Positions 8,919 to 18,572 of a DNA stretch of 64,000 nt are shown here, in pieces. This stretch comes from an uncultured Candidatus Saccharibacteria bacterium (GTDB lineage Bacteria; Patescibacteriota; Minisyncoccia; Phycocordibacterales; UBA2100). The position numbers and the translations under genes are program-made. The stretch lies in NCBI GenBank assembly GCA_964584225.1, contig CAZOZG010000001.1:21652-85651 (forward strand), written 5' to 3'. How positions within the stretch are numbered: position 1 is the stretch's first letter; every line of letters starts with the position of its first letter. The notes under the pieces are model-generated. The model was not told the origin of the DNA, did not search any database, and saw only the letters and a program-made list of their open reading frames with translations.

Positions 8919-9362
8919 ATGGCGAAAAATAAAACATTTCTCATCGGGGTCACGGTAGTCTCGGCAGTTGTCACGTTTCTTTTGAGTCCCGTTATTTGGC
9001 CCAATTATCCGGACATGATGATAGTGCCGGGTGCCGCGCAGCTGCCATATCTCATGGCGGTTGCCGCAATTGAATCAATCGCATTCGGCGTCGGCGTCGC
9101 ATTTCTTCTCTCGCTCTGGGGATCCATGCACGGCCGCGGTACGTGGGATTGGCTTACGTATCTTTCGGTCGTGTGGCTTCTCGTATCGTGGTGGCCGCAT
9201 GACAATCTCCATCGCACGATGATGATGGGAGATTATTGGCAGCTTGTGAGGATCGAGTGGGGTTTTCATGTGACCTTGATCGCGGCTGGCGTCATCGTTG
9301 CGTCGTTCGTCTGGAAGCGATTCGGGATGCAGGGCATGACACAACCCAATACTTCGGTATAG
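8919..9362 (+). CDS. Membrane protein
   Basis: About 4 TM; WLLVSWWPHDNLH. Confidence 0.8.
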   Translation: MAKNKTFLIGVTVVSAVVTFLLSPVIWPNYPDMMIVPGAAQLPYLMAVAAIESIAFGVGVAFLLSLWGSMHGRGTWDWLTYLSVVWLLVSWWPHDNLHRTMMMGDYWQLVRIEWGFHVTLIAAGVIVASFVWKRFGMQGMTQPNTSV

Positions 9363-9372
9363 TGGCGACACT

Positions 9373-9990
9373 ATGCAGATGAACAAAAGCCGCCTGGAAA
9401 ATCTATCGGACGGCGTTTTCGCGATCGTGATGACGCTGCTCATCATCGAGATAAGCGTGCCATCGGTGCACGGGCCACTTGCGGGAGAGCTTTGGAAACT
9501 TGCGCCGCTTTTCCTAAGCTACTTTTTTAGCTTCGCAGTGCTCTCGAGCTTTTGCCTCGCGCACCATGGCTTTTTTCACGTCTTCGTGCGCACGGTCAAT
9601 CGGCCAATGATCCAGCTCAATATCTTGTATCTCTCGTTCATTTCGCTCATACCATTTTCAGCGCATTTGCTCGGCACCAACCTCGGCGATCAAACGGCCG
9701 TGCTGTGGTACGGAGCCAACATTTTTCTTGCCTCGTCCGTGGGGGTCATTATGTTTTGGTATGCGATCCATTCCGATGAGGTGCAGGTGGCTGATGCACC
9801 AAGGAGAACGATGCGACAGGCCCAAATTCGCTATTCTTTGGCGCCGATCCTTGCCCTGTGTGGTATCGTCGCTTCTTTTTATTCAATTCCGCTCGCGATT
9901 GTCCTCTATCTCATTCCCACCGTGATCAACGCGATCCCCGGAAGTCTCAATGTCATCGAGCGGCTTATCGGCATGCGCATTCCCGATTAG
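9373..9990 (+). CDS. TMEM175 (DUF1211) family K+ channel
   Basis: RLENLSDGVFAIVMTLL signature. Confidence 0.9.
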   Translation: MQMNKSRLENLSDGVFAIVMTLLIIEISVPSVHGPLAGELWKLAPLFLSYFFSFAVLSSFCLAHHGFFHVFVRTVNRPMIQLNILYLSFISLIPFSAHLLGTNLGDQTAVLWYGANIFLASSVGVIMFWYAIHSDEVQVADAPRRTMRQAQIRYSLAPILALCGIVASFYSIPLAIVLYLIPTVINAIPGSLNVIERLIGMRIPD

Positions 9991-10001
9991 CCGATGCGGC
10001 G

Positions 10002-10331
10002 CTAGTGCAAGACGAGTGCGTCGATTTTCTTCAGGGTAAGCGTGAGGGGCCGCGTCGCGGCATCTCCGGAGAATTGATCCATCAGCTGATTCCTCATCGG
10101 AGAATCATCTGGTGCGAGTAAATTTCTATCAGTAAATTGTTCTGAATTCCCTCCGGTGATGCTGGAAGTTTGTTCGCTGGTGCTGTCGAATCCATTGATG
10201 AGATCTGCGCGCAGCCCTTCGTGTCGTTTGATGAGCGGGCCCTCTTCTCCGCCGATGGTCGTTTCGAGTCCACTGAGATACTGCTCGAACTGCGGGTCGG
10301 AGGCTTCGAGAGTTCCCATCGATTCAATCAT
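10002..10331 (-). CDS. Acidic hypothetical protein
   Basis: TGGTATCAT -10-like element 6 nt before ATG. Confidence 0.55.
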   Translation of the reverse strand: MIESMGTLEASDPQFEQYLSGLETTIGGEEGPLIKRHEGLRADLINGFDSTSEQTSSITGGNSEQFTDRNLLAPDDSPMRNQLMDQFSGDAATRPLTLTLKKIDALVLH

Positions 10332-10432
10332 GCAGGAATGATACCAGAGGTGAGCCTGCATCAATAAAAGGAAACCCCGAGCGTGAGCCCGGGGCTTTTT
10401 ATTCGGTCGAGTTCGCGGCTCGATGCCGCTCA

Positions 10433-11455
10433 CTATCCGATTTTCAGGCTCGGAATGAATTTGGTGTTCAACGGTTTCATCCGAGGCTCGGCGGGAAGAA
10501 TTCGCTTCACGCCGAGAGTTTGGCGGCTAAAGAACAGCCAACCGATGTTGAGGACTCGCACGAGTTGCGGGTCGACGTCGGCGCTGACCGTTTCAACGAT
10601 CATGGAGGTGGCCAGTCGCTTACGCTCGGGATCCGACTCGAAGAAGATCACAATGCCCTTGCTGACAATGATCGAGAGTGCGGCCGCAAGGAACCCTGCA
10701 AGAACCGCAATTTGTACAGCACGTACCGGGTCTTCCGCCGACGGCAGATATGTGCGCGTTGCCCATACCGTCACGCCGAGCGCCGTTGTGATGCAGATGC
10801 CGCATTCAGCGTGTTTTGCAATGTTATACAGCATCTTCCGAACCAGTCGAACAAACGACATGGCTGCACCTCCGAGAAACCAGCTCACGACGGTAAAACC
10901 GTAGAAGACTAGTTGTGATACGACGATCACCGCGAAGACTGAGCCGATCCATCCGATCTCGAGCAGTTTGCGAGTGAAAAAATACACCCGCCCACGTTCG
11001 TACTGCGCTCGCTCGGACAGTTTGTTGATCTCAGCAAACGGCTCCTCAGTCCATTCTTGCTTGAGAAGGAACGAATGCGACGTGAGGAAAAGCGCCCAGA
11101 CCGTAATCGGCAGCCAAGGGCTCATGACCGAGTCGATCTTGAAGAGCGCTACGAGCGAAAGGATGAATGCGAAGAACGCAAACACAGTCATCGCTGCCGC
11201 TCGCAACCGTGCGATTTTTTGCTCGATTGTGACTTCCCGCGCACGATACGCGGTCCACGCCGTCGCAATTTCCGCCTTGCTTGTGCAGACGCCGGTGTAG
11301 ATTTGCGGATGGAACCACCCGAGAGTGCCGAAGAGCGCGCATGCGCCGAGGACAATCATCGGATCATGCGTGAAGAAGCTGAAAATCAGAACGGCGATTA
11401 CCGTCCCGGAAAATGCTCCGGCAAAATGTTGCCAGATTGAACCAGAACAAATCAT
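10433..11455 (-). CDS. Multi-TM hypothetical protein
   Basis: 340-aa ORF with many hydrophobic helices; GAGG SD; hairpin downstream. Confidence 0.75.
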   Translation of the reverse strand: MICSGSIWQHFAGAFSGTVIAVLIFSFFTHDPMIVLGACALFGTLGWFHPQIYTGVCTSKAEIATAWTAYRAREVTIEQKIARLRAAAMTVFAFFAFILSLVALFKIDSVMSPWLPITVWALFLTSHSFLLKQEWTEEPFAEINKLSERAQYERGRVYFFTRKLLEIGWIGSVFAVIVVSQLVFYGFTVVSWFLGGAAMSFVRLVRKMLYNIAKHAECGICITTALGVTVWATRTYLPSAEDPVRAVQIAVLAGFLAAALSIIVSKGIVIFFESDPERKRLATSMIVETVSADVDPQLVRVLNIGWLFFSRQTLGVKRILPAEPRMKPLNTKFIPSLKIG

Positions 11456-11599
11456 GGTTTGTACCCTCTAGTTACCGAGTCCGAAGACCCACTTTCGCAA
11501 GTATATCTATGGGCGTGTATCGCGCTAGCCTATGGCGAATGCATCACTGGAAATGAGTGATTTGATATACTGCGCCGACTAGTAAGTAACAATCTCGAT

Positions 11600-11950
11600 A
11601 TGAAAAAATTTGTTGTGGTGTATCGCGTACCTTTAGAAGTGATGGCGGAGTGGCGCAAGAACACGTCGCAAGAGGAAATGATGAAGCAGGGGAAAGAGCT
11701 CGGTGGTCAGATGGAGGCATGGATGAAAAAGAATGAGAAATCATTTGTCGACAAAGGCAATCCGCTTGGGAAAAACAAGCGCCTGATGAAAGATGGCGTG
11801 CAGGATGTGAGCAACGATCTCAACTACTACCAGGTCGTCGAAGCCAATACTGTCGACGAAGTCATCACGATGTGCAAAGACAACCCGCACATCGCGGTCA
11901 TTCCCGAGGCGTTCCTCGACATCATGGAAGTCCCGCAGATGGGAATGTAA
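11600..11950 (+). CDS. YciI/DGPF-like protein
   Basis: VDKGNPLGKNKR, YQVVEA, NPH; paralog of 14398-14748. Confidence 0.75.
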   Translation: MKKFVVVYRVPLEVMAEWRKNTSQEEMMKQGKELGGQMEAWMKKNEKSFVDKGNPLGKNKRLMKDGVQDVSNDLNYYQVVEANTVDEVITMCKDNPHIAVIPEAFLDIMEVPQMGM

Positions 11951-12022
11951 ACATCCGAGCCATTATAGGTCAGTTGCGGCTGGAGCGGTTCTGTTGCAGA
12001 ATCGCCGGTAGGAGAATCAATC

Positions 12023-12346
12023 ATGATCACACTTCTCGCCGAGAACGACAGCATCTCGCTGGTCGTCTATCTTCTGTTCTTCGCGTTCCTCGTCTGGTGT
12101 GGCAGACGCCAGCGTTTTTGGCCGGTCGCCGTACTCGGAGTCTGTACAGCAACGCTTGCCTATCTTCTGGCGCTCTATTGCCGGGCTGCGACCGGTCTGA
12201 GCCCTGAACTGCACGTCGCCACCGGTGCGTTCTTCCTTAGTGCCGCGACGGCTGTCATGTGCGCCATCAGCATGCGCACCATGATTCGCCAGCAAAAAAT
12301 GGACGAATACATCCGTTCGATCAAACATCGTAATATCGGCGACTAA
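12023..12346 (+). CDS. Hypothetical membrane protein
   Basis: AGGAG SD; 3 hydrophobic segments. Confidence 0.7.
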   Translation: MITLLAENDSISLVVYLLFFAFLVWCGRRQRFWPVAVLGVCTATLAYLLALYCRAATGLSPELHVATGAFFLSAATAVMCAISMRTMIRQQKMDEYIRSIKHRNIGD

Positions 12347-12444
12347 CCGCCGCAGAAAAAAGTGGCCGCCCTTGTGCGGCCACAACCTTTTATAAAAGAG
12401 GAAGACCGCCGGTATGAACCAGCGGTCTTTTGAGTGCGCGATCT

Positions 12445-12525
12445 TCAGCTAAACGCGCCCATCAGGTAGGCGCCGAAGACGACGACACCAGCGATGATAA
12501 GCAGCCAGACGAAAGGACATTTCAT
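12445..12525 (-). CDS. 26-aa single-TM peptide
   Basis: MKCPFVWLLIIAGVVVFGAYLMGAFS, translated by hand; AGGAG upstream; same position as 7708-7797. Confidence 0.6.
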   Translation of the reverse strand: MKCPFVWLLIIAGVVVFGAYLMGAFS

Positions 12526-12530
12526 TGGGG

Positions 12531-12872
12531 CTACTCCTTCTCTTTAAAATCCGCGTTTGGATCTTTGTTGAAGTGTGGAATCGTTTGGATGACGACTCCG
12601 CTCACAACAGACGCTACGCCGACGATCGCGAAGAGCGAAACGAATAGATCGATCGGCGCGAATGTCAGTATCACCACCGGGCGGTAGATGAGTGTCAGCG
12701 CTGCCGACACATAGAAGCTCGTGCAGAATGGGCACGAGAGTGGTCCGAGACCGCCCCACCGGCCAAATACCCAGCCTCGGATTTGCTTTGACACCTGCGC
12801 TCTCGTCAATGCGACGGAGATCGCTGAGGCAGCAAAGCCGAGGTACACAATCAGGATGAAACGATCGAGCAT
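12531..12872 (-). CDS. DUF1360-like membrane protein with CPFC motif
   Basis: LSCPFCTSFYV, IYRPVV and QTIP shared with 7800-8117. Confidence 0.75.
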   Translation of the reverse strand: MLDRFILIVYLGFAASAISVALTRAQVSKQIRGWVFGRWGGLGPLSCPFCTSFYVSAALTLIYRPVVILTFAPIDLFVSLFAIVGVASVVSGVVIQTIPHFNKDPNADFKEKE

Positions 12873-12888
12873 ACGAGACCCCCGTTTT

Positions 12889-12908
12889 TGCCGAAGAGCA
12901 CCCTAGCA
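12889..12908 (-). promoter_or_regulatory. Shared promoter/leader motif copy
   Basis: TGCTAGGGTGCTCTTCGGCA on the minus strand. Confidence 0.6.
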
Positions 12909-12927
12909 TGAAGCTCCGGTAAAAGGA

Positions 12928-12962
12928 AAGGCCGCCCCTCGATTTTCTCGGGGCGGCCTTTT
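12928..12962. terminator. Intrinsic terminator
   Basis: AAGGCCGCCCC...GGGGCGGCCTT stem with A/T flanks. Confidence 0.7.
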
Positions 12963-12970
12963 GCTGAAGG

Positions 12971-13408
12971 CTAGTTGGGAGCGAATAGTCGCAGCGACAT
13001 CGCCACAAATGTCACGAGCTTGGAATTCGCCTTCTCAAAGTTCAGCTCCTGGAGACGAATCAGCACGGCAGCCACGAGAAAGAGGCGGCCCTCCGTGAGC
13101 ATTGTCTTTGGCGAATTGCCGAGGCCCTTGTCTTTGCGTCGCACCCAACGCTGTACTTCTTTTTCCGATGTGAAGTGTCGCAACGCGAGCCGCCGGATCT
13201 TCACGAGCCACTCGGATCGGTCCAACACATCCATGTTTTGGAATTTCGTATTGGCGAGCCTGCGCCGAAGCGCGCGGATCTGCGCAGGCGTTCCGTTCAC
13301 GAGTCCGTAGACGCGTGCTCTTTCTTCGATCGAGAATCCGAGCTGCTCCAGCGCTTCAAAACCCGCGTGCACCTTCGCGCGGTATTTTTCAGCTTTCATC
13401 CATGCCAT
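12971..13408 (-). CDS. Xre/MbcA/ParS (DUF2384)-like antitoxin-domain protein
   Basis: VQRWVRRKDKGLGNSPKTMLTEG; FEALEQLGF resembles FESLKHLGF of 7194-7574. Confidence 0.65.
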   Translation of the reverse strand: MAWMKAEKYRAKVHAGFEALEQLGFSIEERARVYGLVNGTPAQIRALRRRLANTKFQNMDVLDRSEWLVKIRRLALRHFTSEKEVQRWVRRKDKGLGNSPKTMLTEGRLFLVAAVLIRLQELNFEKANSKLVTFVAMSLRLFAPN

Positions 13409-13423
13409 CTTTTGTACTCCTTA

Positions 13424-13443
13424 TGCCGACCGGCACCCTAGCA
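13424..13443 (-). promoter_or_regulatory. Shared promoter/leader motif copy
   Basis: TGCTAGGGTGCCGGTCGGCA followed by TAAGGAG. Confidence 0.65.
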
Positions 13444-13561
13444 CAAAAGAAAATCTTCGAAAATGGCGCGGTACAGCGCCAACACCAACGAGAAGAGGGA
13501 AATTCATAGCAACGTCTGCTATAGTGGCGCTCGGCAATAGTATTGAAAACGGAGGTTTCTC

Positions 13562-14314
13562 ATGGAGATGCAGACCAGGCGCTTCGCAGCGCCCGTAGTG
13601 CGCAGCTCTGAGAAGCTGCGCATCATGAGTTGGAATGTCTACTATGGCAACGGCGAGAGTCATGCCGCAGAAGTCATTGATGCGCTGCAGTCATTCGACG
13701 GCGACATACTCCTGCTCTATGAGTTGAGTTTGGGGTTGCGCCTTCCGATGCGAATTTCGGAATTGTATCGCTATGGTGTATTTGTCGATATGAACTATCG
13801 ACGATGGCTCTCGCCAGTCCCAGGTGGTGTCGCGCTGTTCTCACGATTTCCGATCGAGCGCTACCGTACTGTGAAAACGGCTAAAAATGGATTCTTGCGC
13901 GTACGGCGGTATTACCTTGAAACGCGCGTGACTCTATCGCCGGATTACACACTGACGATCGGCATGATTCACCACACGTTGCCGTTTGAGCTTGGCTACC
14001 GTAGTGCGTCGGAAACACTGCTGCGAGAAATATCAAAGCATCAAGAGAAATACGTGTTCGCTGCGGACTTAAACGCGATGCCGTCGTTCTGGATCACGAA
14101 GGAGATCGGAAAGCGACTCGTGCATCTGGGTCCGCAGTTAGCAATACCGAGCCATCCGGAGAATCGGTGGTTCGCAGACGTCACCCCACAACGACGTCTC
14201 GATTATGCGTTCGCGACTCCTGATGTCGCGGCCAGACGTACCAGTGCCCGATTTGGCGAGAGTAATCCGTCGGATCACAAGCCGCTGATCATCGATCTGG
14301 ATTTGAAAAAGTAG
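13562..14314 (+). CDS. Endonuclease/exonuclease/phosphatase family protein
   Basis: IMSWNV, DILLLYE, ADLNA, RLDYAF, PSDHKP. Confidence 0.9.
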   Translation: MEMQTRRFAAPVVRSSEKLRIMSWNVYYGNGESHAAEVIDALQSFDGDILLLYELSLGLRLPMRISELYRYGVFVDMNYRRWLSPVPGGVALFSRFPIERYRTVKTAKNGFLRVRRYYLETRVTLSPDYTLTIGMIHHTLPFELGYRSASETLLREISKHQEKYVFAADLNAMPSFWITKEIGKRLVHLGPQLAIPSHPENRWFADVTPQRRLDYAFATPDVAARRTSARFGESNPSDHKPLIIDLDLKK

Positions 14315-14397
14315 ATTAGTGCGGCCGCGCAGAGCGCGGCCGCATTCTTTTTGCGGCGTTTTGCTATACTGTGCCTCTATTCGTTAGCATTTATTGT

Positions 14398-14748
14398 ATG
14401 AAGCAATACCTAGCAATGTTTATGGGTTCGACCGCAGCCTTCGATGCGTGGATGAAAATGCCGGAAGCGGATCGAAAAGAAAAAGAAAAAGCGGGCATGC
14501 AAGGCTGGATGAAATGGGCGACTGACAACAAAGCGAGCATCGTCAACATGGGCTCGCCTTTGGGGAAGACGAAACGTGTCGACAAGAGTGGCATTACGGA
14601 TATCAAAAACGAGATGGGCGCTTGGTGCGTCGTGCAGGCGAATTCGTACGACGATGCAGTGAAACTCTTCATAAACCACCCGCACTTCACGCTTTTCCCC
14701 GGTGAGCGCATCGAGGTGATGGAGTGCTTGCCGATTCCGTCGATGTAA
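14398..14748 (+). CDS. YciI/DGPF-like protein
   Basis: MGSPLGKTKRV, VVQANSYDDA, NHPHF. Confidence 0.8.
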   Translation: MKQYLAMFMGSTAAFDAWMKMPEADRKEKEKAGMQGWMKWATDNKASIVNMGSPLGKTKRVDKSGITDIKNEMGAWCVVQANSYDDAVKLFINHPHFTLFPGERIEVMECLPIPSM

Positions 14749-14849
14749 GAGCTCGGATTTTGTTTTCTTGCAGCCCCGATAGTGCTGTGGCACTATCGGG
14801 GCGATTTGCTCTTTGAGGTCAAAGGGCACGAAACAAAGAGGAGTGCCTC

Positions 14850-15383
14850 ATGCGCTCACGAATTTGCACTGTTGCACTGCTGTCTTGTTTGCTCGTGTCA
14901 CCAGCGATGAGCACCCAGCGAATTGCTCCGTGCGAAAAACGCCTGCAAGACTTGAAGGTCTACACGGACAAACAGATCCAAGCGAAGGATGCGTCGGAAG
15001 GCTATGCGACTTTTCGTGAAGCCGTGCAGCTTGGTCGGCGCAACTATCCCATCCCTGATCTTCAGGTCAAAGTTACCGATTGTGCGCCACTCGGCGACGA
15101 TGTGTTGTTGGCTCGCAAGGTTCCACTCTATGACAAACATGCGCCGATTAAATTCACGATCTACGTGTCGCTCGCGTTTTTGAGCAAGGCAGAAAAATCG
15201 GAAATCGTGCACGAGGCGCTCGCGCAAGTGTGCTTCGCTCACGTCCGGAAGGATCAGCGGACGAAACTCACGTCACAAGACGAGCTTGTCGCACTCTTGG
15301 TGCGCTCCCACATCTGCGCGGCGGATCTCGTCGGCGATGAAGTTCGTGCCGAATGGTTTCGTCGATTCCAGAAGATGCAATGA
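14850..15383 (+). CDS. Secreted hypothetical protein
   Basis: GAGGAG SD; signal peptide; hairpin downstream. Confidence 0.7.
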   Translation: MRSRICTVALLSCLLVSPAMSTQRIAPCEKRLQDLKVYTDKQIQAKDASEGYATFREAVQLGRRNYPIPDLQVKVTDCAPLGDDVLLARKVPLYDKHAPIKFTIYVSLAFLSKAEKSEIVHEALAQVCFAHVRKDQRTKLTSQDELVALLVRSHICAADLVGDEVRAEWFRRFQKMQ

Positions 15384-15458
15384 CGCTGCATGCGATATTC
15401 GCGCCGAACGTTTCGTCCGGCGCGAATCTTTTAAATCTCGATTTGGTATACTCTCTGC

Positions 15459-15941
15459 ATGAAACACGTCATCAATATTTCAGAATTACAGTTTCAAGCG
15501 AATCCCGCGCCGATGCCGGAGAGCGTCAAAGCGAAGTACGAAGGCGCGACTATCGCGCGATTTTCAGAGGGTATTGGCGCGAAGAAGCTCGGCTACAACA
15601 TCACCGCAGTCCCTGCCGGCAAACGTGCCTTTCCCGCACACAATCATCACAAAAACGAAGAGATGTTTTTCATTCTCGAGGGCGAGGGCGAAGTTCGGAT
15701 CGGCGCCGAGACGTTTCCAATCAAAAAGGGAGATTTTATCGCCTGTCCGCCCGGCGGCCCCGAGCTCGCGCATCAGATTATAAATACGGGAAAAAGCGAG
15801 ATGCGCTATGTTGCAGTGAGTACGAAAGAAGCACCCGAAATAGCGGAATATCCAGACAGCGGAAAATTCGGCGTCATGGATGAAACCATGCGCTTCATCG
15901 GCAAAAAGGATCAGTCCCTCAATTACTGGGATGGCGAGTAA
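15459..15941 (+). CDS. Cupin domain protein
   Basis: HNHHKNEEMFFILEGEG, AHQIIN, EYPDSGK. Confidence 0.9.
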   Translation: MKHVINISELQFQANPAPMPESVKAKYEGATIARFSEGIGAKKLGYNITAVPAGKRAFPAHNHHKNEEMFFILEGEGEVRIGAETFPIKKGDFIACPPGGPELAHQIINTGKSEMRYVAVSTKEAPEIAEYPDSGKFGVMDETMRFIGKKDQSLNYWDGE

Positions 15942-16272
15942 ATAGCAGAAATGCGTTCAGGCACAGGAGCACGATGAGTACGACGTGCGAAAGCGCTTCA
16001 GGGCCCGTAAAACTCGCCCAGTTTCTGAGGTCATAGAGGAAATAGAGTCCATAGAAGGCGTTACCGGCTATCGCAAGGTACCGCAGCGGGTTTGGTTTGA
16101 AAAAAGAAGAGGTGCTAAAAAAGAGAAGAATGATAAAGACGAGATACCATGGCGTGGCATAGGTAAATTGAAACGCGGCTTCGTCCATCCAATTGAAGAG
16201 CAGCCACAAAATAAAGAGTGCGTTGCCGGCGCTCGCGAGGAATCGTAGCGAATTGAAGTCGTGCCGACTCAT
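15919..16272 (-). CDS. Membrane protein with internal duplication
   Basis: NSLRFLASAGNALF and NPLRYLAIAGNAFY halves; TACAAT 6 nt before ATG. Confidence 0.7.
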   Translation of the reverse strand: MSRHDFNSLRFLASAGNALFILWLLFNWMDEAAFQFTYATPWYLVFIILLFFSTSSFFKPNPLRYLAIAGNAFYGLYFLYDLRNWASFTGPEALSHVVLIVLLCLNAFLLFTRHPSN

Positions 16273-16326
16273 GAGTTCATTGTAGCGTTAATCGTAGATT
16301 CAGGAAGCCGCTGGATACTAAAGTGC

Positions 16327-16476
16327 ATGTTTGCGGCTGCACCGGGGTTTATCATGGCACTCCTTTTTCTCCTCGGCGCTATCGTGGTGAGCGATCTTTT
16401 GATGGTGCAGGGGACGCCGCAGATCCCGAATACCGGCCTCGAGGCGAGCACGAGCGCATATACGGGCGCGGAGTGA
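16327..16476 (+). CDS. Small single-TM protein
   Basis: MFAAAPGFIMALLFLLGAIVV...IPNTG; -10-like element upstream. Confidence 0.5.
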   Translation: MFAAAPGFIMALLFLLGAIVVSDLLMVQGTPQIPNTGLEASTSAYTGAE

Positions 16477-16542
16477 CCTCGAGTAGCCTGGGGAGTTTCC
16501 ATTTGCAATTTGCCCAAGCCTAGTGCATACTCGGCGAGTTCT

Positions 16543-16959
16543 ATGACAGTAGAAGCGACAGTCAAGAAGGCGCGCAAGCCGCGCGCCAAGAAAGCAGTTA
16601 ATAAAACTGCTGACGCTTCCGCTGCTCCCGTGCGCGCCAAAAAAGCAGATACCTCGCATCGCCTCCGGATTCGCGTGCGTGCCTATGAGCACGGCGTCTT
16701 GGATGGCGCGGTGAAGCAGATCATCGACGTCGCAGCGCGACACAATGCAGAAGTCATCGGCCCCGTGCCACTCCCGATCGATATCAAGAAATACACCGTG
16801 AATCGCGCGGCGTTTATCGATAAGGATTCGCGTGAGCAATTTGAAATTCGTATTCACAAGCGCATGATCGACATTCTGAATCCAGCGCCGAAAGTCATCG
16901 AAGCACTCACCAACATCGATCTGCCTTCCGGCGTCTCGATCGACGTGAAGATGATGTAA
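16543..16959 (+). CDS. rpsJ: 30S ribosomal protein S10 with basic N-terminal extension
   Basis: LRIRVRAYEH, GPVPLP, SREQFEIRIHKR. Confidence 0.97.
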   Translation: MTVEATVKKARKPRAKKAVNKTADASAAPVRAKKADTSHRLRIRVRAYEHGVLDGAVKQIIDVAARHNAEVIGPVPLPIDIKKYTVNRAAFIDKDSREQFEIRIHKRMIDILNPAPKVIEALTNIDLPSGVSIDVKMM

Positions 16960-16982
16960 GAAAAACACGATACACTGGCCGC

Positions 16983-18572
16983 ATGATGCGGCCAGTGTTT
17001 TTTTCTGTGCTCGGCGGGCTTCTGCTCGGGATAGGGTTTGTCGTCCCAATCGTGTGGACGCTCGTTTTTTTTGGGTTCATCCCTCTTTTGTATGCACTCA
17101 GCGAGGCGCGCTCAGATGCGCACGCCTTTGGACTTGGCTGGTGCAGTGGCTTCGCTCTCTACGGTTGCGCGATTTTTGGAATCTTTTGGTTCACGTTGCC
17201 GCTCGATTGGCTCGGTGTGTTTCCGTTGTGGTTTCAGATCGTGCTCGTCGGGATCAGCTGGTCGCTGACGAGCTCAGGGCTCGCGCTTTCCGTCGGGCTT
17301 TTTGCGGTCGTCGTTCGGCGTCTCAGCAGCGACTCATGGCACGATGTTTTTATCGTTCCCGCAGCGTGGGTACTGTGCGAGTGGCTCGCCATGTGGGAAT
17401 TCAGTATTCAAAACGCAGGCAATGGCTCGATTCTCGGGGCTCATTTTGGGCTCGGACAACTGGGGAATCTGGTCGCGCACGACGACGTACTGCTGCAGCT
17501 TGCGTCGCTTGGTGGCGTCTATATATTGAGCGCGCTCGTTCCGATTGTCGGCGTTTTGCTGTATCGACTGCGGTGCACGCACGGCTCAGAGCGCCGCGCC
17601 ATCGTCAACGTGATCGCGATCGTCGTCGTTGTGTGGGTGATGGGCTACGCGTTTTTGGAGCGCACCCCGAGTGCGCCTGCGGGCGCACTCGGGGTGCGCG
17701 TCGCACTCGTCTCCACCCAGGAGCCGCCGATTTTTCATCCGTCGGCCGATGACGCCAAAAAAAGTTTTGAGACGGTGAAAACGATACTGCCACGTGGAGA
17801 GGGAAGCGACATCGTCGTGCTTCCTGAAAGCACAGAATTTTTGAATTATTATCGCGCCGTTGATGGCCCCCTATTCGCGCAACACGTCGCCGAACTCTTG
17901 GGCACGAGTTCACCCATCCTGATCGATTCAGACACGATACAGGTCGTTGGCGGTTCGCTTGAATCGCAACTCGAACTCTATGATCCCACGACGCGTGAGT
18001 CGATCAAGAGTTATAAATATTTCTTGCTGCCAGATGGTGAGTACGTTCCTTCGATGTACAACGTTCTCATTCCACTCCTCGGTCAAGGTGCGGCTCTGAA
18101 GGCAGTCGCGCAATATCGTACGTTCGAACACGCGCTTGCACCGGCGCCTCTTTTTGTTCGCAATACATCGCTCGGCGTGCTCTTTTGCAATGAGACAATG
18201 AGTCCGACCTTGTATGCCTCGCTCGCTCTACATGGTGCGTCGGTCTTTATCAACGTCGCTGCGCACAGCTGGTTCCATGGGTCACGTGTCGTCGCCGAAC
18301 AAATGCTAGAAGCTGCAAAAATTCGTGCTGTCGAAAGTCGCCGTTGGTACGCGCAAGCGACTGACGTTGCGCCGTCGTTTGTCCTTGATCCGTATGGTCG
18401 CGTGGCGACGTCGTCAGCGTGGGGGAGTGTCGGACTCGTCAACGCCGTGGTGTATCCGCGCACCGACAGCACGCCCTACAGTGCGTTTCCTCTGTGGCCA
18501 TTGATTCTATGCACAGTTCTTATACTCGCGCGGTTTGGACGTGGCAGAAGGCGTGAGAAAATGGACGCATGA
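16983..18572 (+). CDS. lnt: Apolipoprotein N-acyltransferase
   Basis: Multi-TM N-terminus plus nitrilase fold with VVLPES, YKYFLLPDGEYVP, LFCNE and RAVESRR. Confidence 0.85.
   Translation: MMRPVFFSVLGGLLLGIGFVVPIVWTLVFFGFIPLLYALSEARSDAHAFGLGWCSGFALYGCAIFGIFWFTLPLDWLGVFPLWFQIVLVGISWSLTSSGLALSVGLFAVVVRRLSSDSWHDVFIVPAAWVLCEWLAMWEFSIQNAGNGSILGAHFGLGQLGNLVAHDDVLLQLASLGGVYILSALVPIVGVLLYRLRCTHGSERRAIVNVIAIVVVVWVMGYAFLERTPSAPAGALGVRVALVSTQEPPIFHPSADDAKKSFETVKTILPRGEGSDIVVLPESTEFLNYYRAVDGPLFAQHVAELLGTSSPILIDSDTIQVVGGSLESQLELYDPTTRESIKSYKYFLLPDGEYVPSMYNVLIPLLGQGAALKAVAQYRTFEHALAPAPLFVRNTSLGVLFCNETMSPTLYASLALHGASVFINVAAHSWFHGSRVVAEQMLEAAKIRAVESRRWYAQATDVAPSFVLDPYGRVATSSAWGSVGLVNAVVYPRTDSTPYSAFPLWPLILCTVLILARFGRGRRREKMDA

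Noticed and set aside
16327-16476. Sortase substrate (IPNTG)
   Set aside because: The motif is not followed by a TM helix and basic tail.
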